From the NCBI GenBank assembly GCA_947259925.1, contig CAMYOG010000042.1:15221-79220 (forward strand): a stretch of 64,000 nucleotides of DNA, read 5' to 3'. Below the pieces are notes generated by a model. That model made no database searches. It had not been told where the DNA came from and saw nothing but the letters and a program-made list of their open reading frames with translations. Positions 37,691 through 51,061 of this stretch are shown here, one piece after another; the stretch's first letter is position 1, and every line of letters starts with the position of its first letter. The position numbers and the translations under genes are program-made. The stretch is from Thermoanaerobaculia bacterium. GTDB taxonomy: Bacteria; Acidobacteriota; Thermoanaerobaculia; Multivoradales; JAHEKO01.

Positions 37691-38284
37691 CTAGGCGGTC
37701 AAAAAGGAGCTGGGATCGTCCCACTGGCCACGCTCCCAGAGGAACTTCTGCGCCTTGTCGACCAGGACCTGGCCGTCGTCCGGGTCGATCGAGATGGCGG
37801 CACGCTCCAACGGCCGGGGAGTCGGCCCCTCGAAATTGATGCCGTTCCGATAGTAGCCACTACCGTGGCAGGGGCATTTGAACTTGTTCTGGGCCTCCAG
37901 CCAGTTGGGCGGACAGCCTAGGTGGGTGCAGATCGCGATCAGGGCGTAGAGCTGGCCCTGGTCGTTGACGATAAAGACGCCGTTGCTCTCGACGAAACGC
38001 TCGTCGACCGCGTCGGGCGCGAAGTCCGAGGGCGGTCCGACCTTGAAGCTGGTCGGCGGCTCATAGAGGACGTTCGGGAACATGAACCGTCCCCAGGCGG
38101 TGAGACAGCCGCCGGCCGCAGCGGTGAAACCGACCCAGGCGACCGCCGCCCACGAGAAGAAGCCACGCCGGCTCACCTCGGCGTCGGCCGCGGCCGGCTT
38201 CGCCGGTTTCGCCGGCTGGGCGCTCTTCGCCTCGCTGGCCTGGGCTGCGGGCTCAGGCTTGGTTTCTTCTGGCGTTTCTGTCAT
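37691..38284 (-). CDS. Rieske iron-sulfur subunit
   Basis: TAT motif [27 protein letters not shown]. Confidence 0.95.
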   Translation of the reverse strand: MTETPEETKPEPAAQASEAKSAQPAKPAKPAAADAEVSRRGFFSWAAVAWVGFTAAAGGCLTAWGRFMFPNVLYEPPTSFKVGPPSDFAPDAVDERFVESNGVFIVNDQGQLYALIAICTHLGCPPNWLEAQNKFKCPCHGSGYYRNGINFEGPTPRPLERAAISIDPDDGQVLVDKAQKFLWERGQWDDPSSFLTA

Positions 38285-38463
38285 TCGGGTTGTGGGTCGG
38301 CGACGGCATGGAGGCTCCCCGGGAGCCCCCGACCAGAGCCGGTCTCAGCGTGTTGCCGGATTCTCGGTCGAACGGTTGAGGATGTCAAGAAGCCGAGACG
38401 GCAGCTCGGCACGAAAAATGCAGCCAAGCAACCCTCAATCTCGTATCTAGAATCGGAGATCGA

Positions 38464-39606
38464 ATGTCGCCCACGCCAGCCGTTACCACCCTGCTCGTTA
38501 TCGGATGGATGGTCTCCGCGAGCGGGCTCGTGCACCGACCCGCAGATGCGCAAGAACCCTCGGTCGTAGAACGGATAACGCCCTTCGCGCAGAGTACCGG
38601 CCACGCCCGGTGGTCGCCCAAGGGCGATTGGATCGCGTTCGACCGGCCCGGCGAGAACGGCTACACGCAGCTCTACGTCGCGCGAGCCGACCTCGCCGAG
38701 GGGATCGCCGAGGAGCGGTGCCTCACCTGCCACATGCACGATCTGAGGAAGCTCCATGTCGGCAACCCGACCTGGCACCCGTCGGGCGACTACCTGGCGG
38801 TCCAGGTCAGCCGGCCGGTGCGGCCCGGGGGCGAGCCGCTCAGATTCAGGGAGGTTCCGGGAGGCAACCTGGGGAGCGATCTCTACCTGGTCCACTTCGA
38901 CGGCCGCGAGTACTGGAACCTGACCAACCTCGGCGAGCGCGGCGGTCGGGTCCAGTCGCCCCACTTTTCCCACGAGGGGAGCAAGCTGGTGTGGGCGGAG
39001 CGGACCGCGAGCGGCGGGGGCGTCTTCGGAAAATGGGTCATCCGCATGGCCGAGATCGAGTTTCGGCGCCAGGTGCCGCGGCTCAAGGGGACCAGAACCT
39101 TCAAGCCGGGGGCGCGCCAGCTCTTCTACGACACCCACGGCTTCACCACCGACGACCTGGGCGTCGTGCTGACCGGCAATCTCGAGCCGAAGCATCACGA
39201 GAGCGGCATGGACGTCTACCGGCTCGAGCTCGAGTCGGGCGCCATCAAGCGACTGACCCAGACCGACGCCGAGCTCGATCGGTTCGCCCTTCAGGCCCCC
39301 AACGGCAACTGGATCGTCTGGTCGAGCAGCCGCGACATCGGCAGCGGCGAGGTGAATCTCGAGCGTCGCCAGGTGACCGCGGTGCGCAAGGCGGATCTCT
39401 GGATGATGAACGCCGAGGGCTTGAGCGTCCAGCGCTTGACCCACTTCAACGACGTTCATTCACCGAACTACCTCGGGCCGACCTCGGTGCTGGCGACCAG
39501 CTGGAATCGTGACGGCGACAAGCTGCTGGCGCTGGCGCTTCCGGTAGGCTCGAACCGACCAGGGGACCTCTACCTGATAGAACTCAACGAACCGATCGGA
39601 CGTTAG
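38464..39606 (+). CDS. Secreted TolB-like/PD40 beta-propeller protein
   Basis: WSPKGDWIAF, PTWHPSGDYL, PHFSHEGSKLVW, APNGNWIVW, SWNRDGDKL repeats. Confidence 0.85.
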   Translation: MSPTPAVTTLLVIGWMVSASGLVHRPADAQEPSVVERITPFAQSTGHARWSPKGDWIAFDRPGENGYTQLYVARADLAEGIAEERCLTCHMHDLRKLHVGNPTWHPSGDYLAVQVSRPVRPGGEPLRFREVPGGNLGSDLYLVHFDGREYWNLTNLGERGGRVQSPHFSHEGSKLVWAERTASGGGVFGKWVIRMAEIEFRRQVPRLKGTRTFKPGARQLFYDTHGFTTDDLGVVLTGNLEPKHHESGMDVYRLELESGAIKRLTQTDAELDRFALQAPNGNWIVWSSSRDIGSGEVNLERRQVTAVRKADLWMMNAEGLSVQRLTHFNDVHSPNYLGPTSVLATSWNRDGDKLLALALPVGSNRPGDLYLIELNEPIGR

Positions 39607-39610
39607 AGAG

Positions 39611-41275
39611 GTGGCTTCGGTGACCAGACGGTACGCCCGCACCCGACTCCTGATGGCGAGTCTGGTCGCCGTCACCCTGGTGGTCCCGGCGTCCGGACAG
39701 GAGGCGACCGACGTCTTCAGCGAGGTCATCGACGTCCGGGTGGTCAACCTCGAGACCGTGGTCACCGACGCGTCCGGCGAGCGGGTCCGTGGCTTGACCC
39801 GCGAAGATTTCCGGCTGATCGTCGACGGCCGCGAGGTACCGATCGACTACTTCTCCGAGGTGCGCGACGGCGTGGTCCTGCCCGAGGGCCTGGAGGTCGA
39901 GGAGGTCGAGGGCGATCCACCCTCGGGCGAGCAGCTGCTCGAGGCACGGCACACGAACTTCCTGGTGTTCGTCGACGACGTCTTCTCGATCGGCGCTCAG
40001 CGCAACCTGGTGCTCAAGAAGCTCGGCGAGCAGCTCGGGCTGATCGGGCCGAGCGACCGGGTCGCGGTGATGAGCTTCGACGGCAGCGACATCGAGCGCC
40101 TCTCGGGCTGGACGTCGTCACGCTCGGAGATCGCCGACGCCTTCGTCAGCGCCTCGGAGCGCAAGGCCAAGGGCGCCTTCAGACGCGCCGAGCGCGGCTT
40201 CGTCGGCCGGTCCTACTCGCAGCAGGAGAGCTACATTCGTCTGATCTCGGAGCAGCTGGAGAACCTGACCGTGGCCGCTTCCATCGCCATGCGCTCGGCG
40301 GCGCCGGCGACCGGGCGCAAGGTCCTGATCCTGCTCTCCGGCGGCTGGCCGTACCAGCTCGAGATCCTCGACGATCCGACGGTCCGCAACACCTTCCGCA
40401 ACAGCGACAGCATGAACCAGCGGTTCATGGCCCAGCGCGAGCAGTTCGGACGCAACCTGTGGAGCTACAGCCTCGGGGTCGGCATCTTCCAGACCCTGGC
40501 CGATACCGCCAACCTGCTCGGTTACACCATCTACCCGGTCGACGTCCCCGGGCTCGGGTCGGGAGGCGACATCTCGGCCGGCATCCCGACCGCCGACCCC
40601 GTCGGCCGAGCGAGCGGCGAGAGTAGCGTCGAGGCGTCCCTGATGTTCCTGGCGGCGGAGACCGGCGGCAAGGCGATGCTCAACAGCAATCGAATGGTGG
40701 CGCTCGAGCGCACGGTCGCGGACACCAGCTCCTACTACTGGCTCGGCTTCACCTCGGACCGGCGCGCCGACAACCGCCGCCACCGGGTCCGGCTGGAGGC
40801 GCGCCGCTCCGGGCTCAAGGTCCGCACGCGCAAGGACTATGTCGATTTCTCGCGTCAGGTCGAGGTCGAGATGATGGTCGAGGGAGCGCTGCTCTTCCAG
40901 GAGCAGACCGAGCAGAGCGACTTCGACATCCTGGTCGGCGAGGCGCGACGTCTCGAGCGCAAGAAGGTCGAGGTGCCGATTCAGCTGGCGATTCCGGTCG
41001 AGCAGCTGACCCATCTCTACTACGGCGGCGAGTACCGCGCCAGGATGACCGTGACGATCGCGGTGAAGGACCGGCGAAACACGCTGTCGACCGTCGCGAC
41101 GATGCCGTTCCAGACCAGCCACGAGGAGCGGCCGCAATCGGGCGACCTGATCACCTACGACATGGACGTCCAGCTCTGGCGCGAGCCGCACGATCTGGTG
41201 GTGATGGTGCAGGACCTCGCTACCGGTACCGTGCTGTCGTCGAGCGTCGAGGTGCGTCCGAACAAGTCGCGCTGA
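39611..41275 (+). CDS. VWA-related Acidobacterial domain protein
   Basis: FSEVIDVRVVNLETVVTD..G.RVRGLTREDF, GRKVLILLSGG, LAAETGG, YYWLGF. Confidence 0.85.
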   Translation: MASVTRRYARTRLLMASLVAVTLVVPASGQEATDVFSEVIDVRVVNLETVVTDASGERVRGLTREDFRLIVDGREVPIDYFSEVRDGVVLPEGLEVEEVEGDPPSGEQLLEARHTNFLVFVDDVFSIGAQRNLVLKKLGEQLGLIGPSDRVAVMSFDGSDIERLSGWTSSRSEIADAFVSASERKAKGAFRRAERGFVGRSYSQQESYIRLISEQLENLTVAASIAMRSAAPATGRKVLILLSGGWPYQLEILDDPTVRNTFRNSDSMNQRFMAQREQFGRNLWSYSLGVGIFQTLADTANLLGYTIYPVDVPGLGSGGDISAGIPTADPVGRASGESSVEASLMFLAAETGGKAMLNSNRMVALERTVADTSSYYWLGFTSDRRADNRRHRVRLEARRSGLKVRTRKDYVDFSRQVEVEMMVEGALLFQEQTEQSDFDILVGEARRLERKKVEVPIQLAIPVEQLTHLYYGGEYRARMTVTIAVKDRRNTLSTVATMPFQTSHEERPQSGDLITYDMDVQLWREPHDLVVMVQDLATGTVLSSSVEVRPNKSR

Positions 41276-41283
41276 GTGCCGGT

Positions 41284-42075
41284 TCAGCTCTCGCGTACCG
41301 CCACCAGGACGAGGTCCGCCGACTCCCGGGGCAGGTAGAGCCCGCCCGACATGTCGCCGTGCGCCGCCGCGCAGCGAAAGCCTCTCGCCGCGAGCCGGCT
41401 CTCGAGCTCGGGCCGCCGCCAGGCGCGCAGTCGAACCTCCTTGGTCGCCTTGAGCTCGAGCGCTGGATCGTGGCCGGGGCGGAGACGGAGGGTCGTCGGC
41501 TGGAACCGGATGTGGTGGTCGTCGATCGGTGTCATCAGCCGCAGGAAGACGATCTCGCCCTCGCCCTTCGGATCGTCCCGGAAGTTGAGAGGCAGATGCC
41601 GGATCCCCTCGCCGAGGATGCGCTCGTAGTTGAGCAGCTGGACGATCAGCCGGCCCTCGGGCACAAGCCGCCTGTGCCAGGCTTCGAGACACCGGTCCAG
41701 AGTCGCGTCGTCGAGGTGCGGCAGAACGTTGCCGAGGCAGATCGCGGTGCCGAAGCTGTCGGCCACCAGCGTCGGCAGCTCGGCGAAGTCGCCCAACACG
41801 AATCTCGGTCCGTGCGGCGGATGCCGGTCCTGGTACTCGCGCGCCCGCTCGATCATCTTGTCGGAGCGGTCGACACCGGTGGTTTCGATCCCGAGCGAGG
41901 CGAACAGGAGGGCGTGCTCGCCGGTACCGCAGCCGAGGTCGAGCAAGCTCGATCCCGGCGACCTGGCGATCTGGCGCTCGAGGAAGGGGCGCTCGCGAGC
42001 GATCCGCTCGGGCCAGGCGATCAGGCGCCGGTAGCTGAACCTGCTGTAGGGATCGTCCGCGTCCGCCGGGGTCAT
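41284..42075 (-). CDS. Class I SAM-dependent methyltransferase
   Basis: LLDLGCGTGEH, GVDRS, ICLGNVLPHL. Start taken at ATG 42075. Confidence 0.88.
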   Translation of the reverse strand: MTPADADDPYSRFSYRRLIAWPERIARERPFLERQIARSPGSSLLDLGCGTGEHALLFASLGIETTGVDRSDKMIERAREYQDRHPPHGPRFVLGDFAELPTLVADSFGTAICLGNVLPHLDDATLDRCLEAWHRRLVPEGRLIVQLLNYERILGEGIRHLPLNFRDDPKGEGEIVFLRLMTPIDDHHIRFQPTTLRLRPGHDPALELKATKEVRLRAWRRPELESRLAARGFRCAAAHGDMSGGLYLPRESADLVLVAVRES

Positions 42076-42182
42076 CACCGTCCCGAATCGTGCAGCGCTC
42101 GCCACCCTTGCGTCAAGGCGTTGCCGGTGCATTCGGGCTCCTGACGGTCTCCTGACGGCACCCCCCTACGCTCCGAGCAACC

Positions 42183-43130
42183 GTGAAACAGACCGGCAAG
42201 GTCGCACCCGTCGGACAGGCCCGCTGCCAATCGGTGGACGGCCACTTTCCGAGGACCGCCTGGGCAGCTCTCCGCAGGTTCGTTCACCTTCCTTACATCC
42301 GAGCGATCGTCACCGCGGTCTGCCTGATCGCGATCGTCGGCAGCCTGGCGGCGCTGACGCTGGCGGTCAAGCACGATGTATCGGCGCTCGCGGTCTATCG
42401 CTATTTCGTCCGGCCGCACTTCGAGGAGGCCGATCTCGGTCAGAAGCTGCGCAGCGGCTCGACCGTCCTGCAGTTGGAGCCGTTCCTGCTCCTGCCGCCA
42501 GGCGTCACCCCCGGCGGTCTGGTCTACGCCGAGGAGCACGGCCTGGTCTTCTACGTTCACACCCCCCGGCGGCCACCGGCGGCCGCCCGAGAGCGGCGCG
42601 AGCGGACCGATATCTTCAACACGCTCACCTCTCTCTACTGGAAGGCGGACCTGAACGGGCTGACCCGCGAGCTGAACCGGCCGGCGGTGCGCCAGCGGTT
42701 GATCGACCGCGGCGCCCAACTGAAGGACCTCTACCTCTTCCAGCGATTCAACGGCAAGTCGGTCGACTCGCGTGCCCGCACCGAGGTCCTGCGCGCCGCG
42801 GTGCGCCAGATCCAGCTGGTCGCTCCGTACATCCCGGAGCCGTTCCAGCTCGACTTCGCCGAAGTGTTGCGCTTCTACGACCGCAACCGGACGGACGGCG
42901 AGTTCGTCGGGCTCTGGGAGGTCGCGACTCCGAGCCCCTTCGGTGTCATCGACGCGGCGTACGCACACGAGATGAGCCGGACCAATCACTACATCATCAT
43001 CTCCAGACACGGCGGGCGGACGACGGTCAGCGACTTCTACCGCGGTGTGCGCTCCGACTACCTGGTGCAGCCGCTCGGGCACCCGTCCGGGCGCACTTTC
43101 TACCGTCTGACCGCACAACCGGCGTCCTGA
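42183..43130 (+). CDS. Hypothetical protein with one TM helix
   Basis: 315-aa ORF with a hydrophobic segment near the N-terminus; start uncertain. Confidence 0.6.
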   Translation: MKQTGKVAPVGQARCQSVDGHFPRTAWAALRRFVHLPYIRAIVTAVCLIAIVGSLAALTLAVKHDVSALAVYRYFVRPHFEEADLGQKLRSGSTVLQLEPFLLLPPGVTPGGLVYAEEHGLVFYVHTPRRPPAAARERRERTDIFNTLTSLYWKADLNGLTRELNRPAVRQRLIDRGAQLKDLYLFQRFNGKSVDSRARTEVLRAAVRQIQLVAPYIPEPFQLDFAEVLRFYDRNRTDGEFVGLWEVATPSPFGVIDAAYAHEMSRTNHYIIISRHGGRTTVSDFYRGVRSDYLVQPLGHPSGRTFYRLTAQPAS

Positions 43131-43592
43131 GCTGCGGCTCGCGCTCGCCGCGGGCGATCGCGACGCCCGCTTCGAGCGCCTCATCGCGACCGGCCAGCAC
43201 CCCGGCGACCGTCGGTAGCGCGGTCATCGTCGGAGTGACGCCGACCACGACCTGAGGTCACCGGCGGCCCGCGCCTCACGAAGGATGGCGGCGGTCGGAG
43301 CGATCGGCCGGTAGAGACGCTCGAGCTCGACGCCGAGGTCGCCGGCCGGCTCGGCGAGGATGCGCGCGGCTCCCACGGCCGCGAAGCGGTTCCAGTCGAT
43401 GCTCGCCGCTTCGTCACCCGGGTGGAAGAAGCGCAGGTGCCCGTACGACTTGACGTAGGCGCGCGCGCGATCGAGCCGCGAGACCGGCAGGTTCTCGGCG
43501 GGCAGTGGCGGGCTCGGCGCGCAGGCGATCAGGACGACGGCGGCCAGAGCCGCCGGTACCGTACCGAGCAGACCTTCCAGTCGTAGTCGCAC
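43130..43592 (-). pseudogene. Probable internally deleted S41-family peptidase lipoprotein remnant
   Basis: Frame 1: lipobox LIAC + YGHLRFFHPGDEAASIDWNRFA...LYRPIAPT. Shifted frame: GVTPTMTALPTVAGVLAGRDEALE. These resemble the N- and C-termini of S41 peptidases, with no catalytic core between them. Confidence 0.5.
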
Positions 43593-43627
43593 GCCTACCC
43601 AGGGTACGGCCGACAGGGGGTGGGCGT

Positions 43628-44521
43628 CTATTGCAGGCCGAGCGCCTGCTGCGCCTCGATCGCCGCCTGCCGCACCTTGAGACTCGGATCGTTCTCCGCC
43701 AGATCGTCCAGCATCGGGCGCGCGTCGGCACCTCGCACCGCCGCGAGCGCGCGGATGGCGCTGATCATCGTCTCCTGCTGCTGCTCGGGGGTGATCTCGG
43801 GCACCGCCGAGGTCAGCCGCCGGTCGAGCATCCGCTCGAGCACCGGCACGCCGGCGTCGCTCCCCAGCCGGCTGACCGCGAGCGCGGCGTTCCAGCGGAC
43901 GTCGGCCTGCTGATCCTCGAGCAGCGGCAGCAGGCGGTCGACCAGACTCGGATCGCCCAGCTCGCCGACCGCGAACGCGGCCGTCTTGCGGATCCCGGCG
44001 TCGCCGTCGGTCAGGCCTTCGAGCAGCGGCGGGATCGCTTCCCGGTCGCCGACCGTGCCGAGCGCCCACAGGAGGTAGATGCGGGTCTGGCTATCGGCGC
44101 CCTCGAGCGCCTCGGTCAGCACCGGAACCGCGGCGGGATCGCGGGTGTAGCCGAGGACCAGGATCAGATACCGGCGGATCTCCGGATCCTCGACCTCGCC
44201 GAAGATCCTGATCAGCTCCTCCTTGGCGCCCGGCTCCTCGTTGAGCGCTTCGGGGTCGGCGAGCAGCACCTTGGACAGCTCGTAGGCCGCCTGGGCGCGC
44301 GTCGAGCGCCAGCCCGAGCGGAGGTCGTTCAGGTAGCCGCTGACGGTCTGCCGCTCGTAGGCGATCCAGCCGAAGCCGACGAATACCGCCACGCACAAGA
44401 CCACGACCAGGAGCGGCACGATGAACAGCCCGACCAGGCCGCGCAGCAAGCCACCTTCGACCTCCTTCTCGAGATCGCGTGGCTGCGACTCCTCGGGCGT
44501 CTCCGGGCGTTCTTCGCTCAT
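43628..44521 (-). CDS. Membrane-anchored HEAT-repeat protein
   Basis: N-terminal TM helix; repeats AVPVLTEAL..ADSQTR, AIPPLLEGL.D.DAGIRKTAAFAVG, DVRWNAALA. Confidence 0.88.
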   Translation of the reverse strand: MSEERPETPEESQPRDLEKEVEGGLLRGLVGLFIVPLLVVVLCVAVFVGFGWIAYERQTVSGYLNDLRSGWRSTRAQAAYELSKVLLADPEALNEEPGAKEELIRIFGEVEDPEIRRYLILVLGYTRDPAAVPVLTEALEGADSQTRIYLLWALGTVGDREAIPPLLEGLTDGDAGIRKTAAFAVGELGDPSLVDRLLPLLEDQQADVRWNAALAVSRLGSDAGVPVLERMLDRRLTSAVPEITPEQQQETMISAIRALAAVRGADARPMLDDLAENDPSLKVRQAAIEAQQALGLQ

Positions 44522-44711
44522 CGGCAGCTCGCCAGCTTATCAGCGCAACCGGCCGCTCGGCGGCGACGAAACGAGAGGGGAGGGCCCCTCACTCGAGCGG
44601 GTCGGATCTGAGGCCAGGAGCCAATCTGGTAGGGCGGGAGGCTGCGAGTGGGGGCGGGGGAGCCGGGCATGCCGGCTCTCCCGTCCTACCTTCGAGTCGT
44701 TCCGCTTCGCC

Positions 44712-44740
44712 TTGCACCCCCTCAGTCACTTCGGTATCTT
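44712..44740 (+). promoter_or_regulatory. Sigma70-type promoter of the ACIII/caa3 operon
   Basis: TTGCAC (44712-44717), 17 bp, TATCTT (44735-44740); 30 bp upstream of the actA ATG. Confidence 0.55.
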
Positions 44741-44770
44741 TCGCCGCGGGCGGGAGCATTAGAGCCGTAG

Positions 44771-45411
44771 ATGGCGCAGATTTTTCATCGCAGCACGAAT
44801 ACGATCTCGCGGCTCTCGATCTTCGGCGGCATTTTTCTGGTCGCTGGACTGATCGGGCTGTTTGCCGTGCTCGATCGATCTTCGTACAACACTGGCGTGG
44901 GCGTCGTGCTCGCTCAGCCGATTCCGTTCAGCCACGATCACCACACGGCGGCGCTCGGCATCAGCTGCGTCTACTGCCACACGAGCGTCGAGGACTCGGC
45001 GTTCGCGGGCATCCCGCCGACCGCGACCTGCATGAACTGCCACAATCTGATCTGGAATCAGAGTCCGATGTTGGCGGCCGTGCGCGAGAGCTATCGGACC
45101 GGTGAGCCGATCCGCTGGACCCGGGTGCACGACCTTCCCGACTACGTCTATTTCAACCACGGCATCCACGTGGCCAAAGGCATCGGCTGCGAGAGCTGTC
45201 ACGGGCGCGTCGATCTGATGCCGCTGATCATGAAGACCGAATCGCTCCAGATGGAGTGGTGCCTCGACTGCCATCGCCAGCCGGAGTCACGGGTGCGGCC
45301 GCTGAGCGAGATCTACACCATGGGGTGGCGGCCCGAGCACGCCGATCAGGGCACTCGTCTGATCGCCGAACACGACATCAACAGCAAGGTGAGCTGCTCG
45401 ACGTGTCATCG

Positions 45412-45415
<4 letters not shown>
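44771..45415 (+). CDS. actA: Alternative complex III pentaheme cytochrome ActA
   Basis: QPIPFSH; 5 CxxCH motifs (CVYCH, CMNCH, CESCH, CLDCH, CSTCH); LPDYVYFNH. Confidence 0.95.
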
Positions 45416-49824
<4,409 letters not shown>

Positions 49825-49825
<1 letters not shown>

Positions 49826-50370
49826 TGGAGTACGCCCGCAAGGTAGGCCTCTACGGACTGATCGCGGAGTTCGATACCTCGGATCGGCTGATCCACGCCG
49901 CCGAGCAGACGCGGGCGGACGGCTACCGGAAGCTCGACGCCTACACGCCCTATCCGATCGAGGAGGTCTCCGAGGCGCTCGGGCATCACGGCTCGCGGCT
50001 GCCGCTGCTGGTCCTGATCGGCGGCATCCTGGGTGCCCTGGGCGGGTTCGGACTCCAGTACTGGGTCTCGGTCATCGCCTATCCGCTCAACATCGGCGGC
50101 CGGCCGCTCAACAGCTGGATCGCTTTCGTCCCGGTGACCTTCGAGTCCACGGTCCTGCTGGCGGCCCTGGCCGCGGTGCTCGGCATGCTGGCGCTGAACG
50201 GCCTACCAAAGCCGTATCACCCGGTGTTCAACGCCGAGCGCTTCGCGCTCGCGTCGCGGGATCGCTACTTCCTGTGCATCGAGGCGGAGGACGAAAAGTT
50301 CGATCGCGAGGCGACCGAATCGTTCCTCCAGGGACTCGACCCGATCGGAGTCTACGAAGTTGAGAACTGA
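49825..50370 (+). CDS. actD: Alternative complex III subunit ActD (DUF3341)
   Basis: GLIAEF, DAYTPYPI, YPLNIGGRP, FVPVTFE. Confidence 0.93.
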
Positions 50371-51061
50371 TCGCATCGAGACCGTGCCGCTCGGGTCCCG
50401 CCAGGCTGGCAGAGCCGGGGCCGCCGCGACCGCCGGGCGGCGCCTGCGAATCGCGCCGGTCGCCTTGCTGATCGGAGTGGTGCCGTGGCTCGTCGGTTGC
50501 CGGCAGGACATGCACGATCAGCCGAGGTACGAGCCGCTCGAGGCGAGCTCCTTCTTCGACAACGGCGCCGCCTCGCGGCCGCTGATCGAGGGGACGGTGG
50601 CGCGGGGCCACCTGGGCGAGGACGTCGGTTTCGAGACCGGGCTCGACGAGAACGGCGCGGTCGTCGCCGACTTCCCGATGGCGGTCGATCTGGTCCTGCT
50701 CGAGCGCGGCCGCAACCGCTACGACGTCTTCTGCTCGCCCTGTCACGACCGGCTCGGCAACGGCCGTGGCATGATCGTCCGGCGCGGCTACAAGCAGCCG
50801 ACCTCGTTCCACGACCCGCGTCTGGTCGAGGCCCGCCCGGGCTACTTCGTCAACGTCATGACCAACGGCTTCGGCCAGATGTCGAGCTATGCGCCCCAGC
50901 TCAAGCCCGCCGACCGGTGGGCGGTGGCGGCCTACATCCAGGCGCTCCAGCTGAGCCGGCGGGTGCCGGCCGATCTCCTGTCGGGCGAGGACCGCGCCTG
51001 GCTGGCGGGAGAGCCGACCGAAGTTCCGCAGCCGGAGAGCGACGACGGGGGGCACTCGTGA
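50360..51061 (+). CDS. actE: Alternative complex III monoheme lipoprotein ActE
   Basis: LVGCRQDMHDQP lipobox, GTVARG, CSPCH, DRWAVAAYI. Start uncertain. Confidence 0.92.
   Translation: MRTDRIETVPLGSRQAGRAGAAATAGRRLRIAPVALLIGVVPWLVGCRQDMHDQPRYEPLEASSFFDNGAASRPLIEGTVARGHLGEDVGFETGLDENGAVVADFPMAVDLVLLERGRNRYDVFCSPCHDRLGNGRGMIVRRGYKQPTSFHDPRLVEARPGYFVNVMTNGFGQMSSYAPQLKPADRWAVAAYIQALQLSRRVPADLLSGEDRAWLAGEPTEVPQPESDDGGHS

Noticed and set aside
38376..38388. TTGAGGATGTCAA upstream of the Rieske gene as an FNR/CRP box
   Set aside because: Spacing is TTGA-N5-TCAA, one base short of the FNR consensus TTGAT-N4-ATCAA; not supportable.
38725..38739. CLTCH in the TolB-like protein as a heme c site
   Set aside because: Single motif within a beta-propeller blade with no cytochrome context; could be chance, although it cannot be fully excluded.
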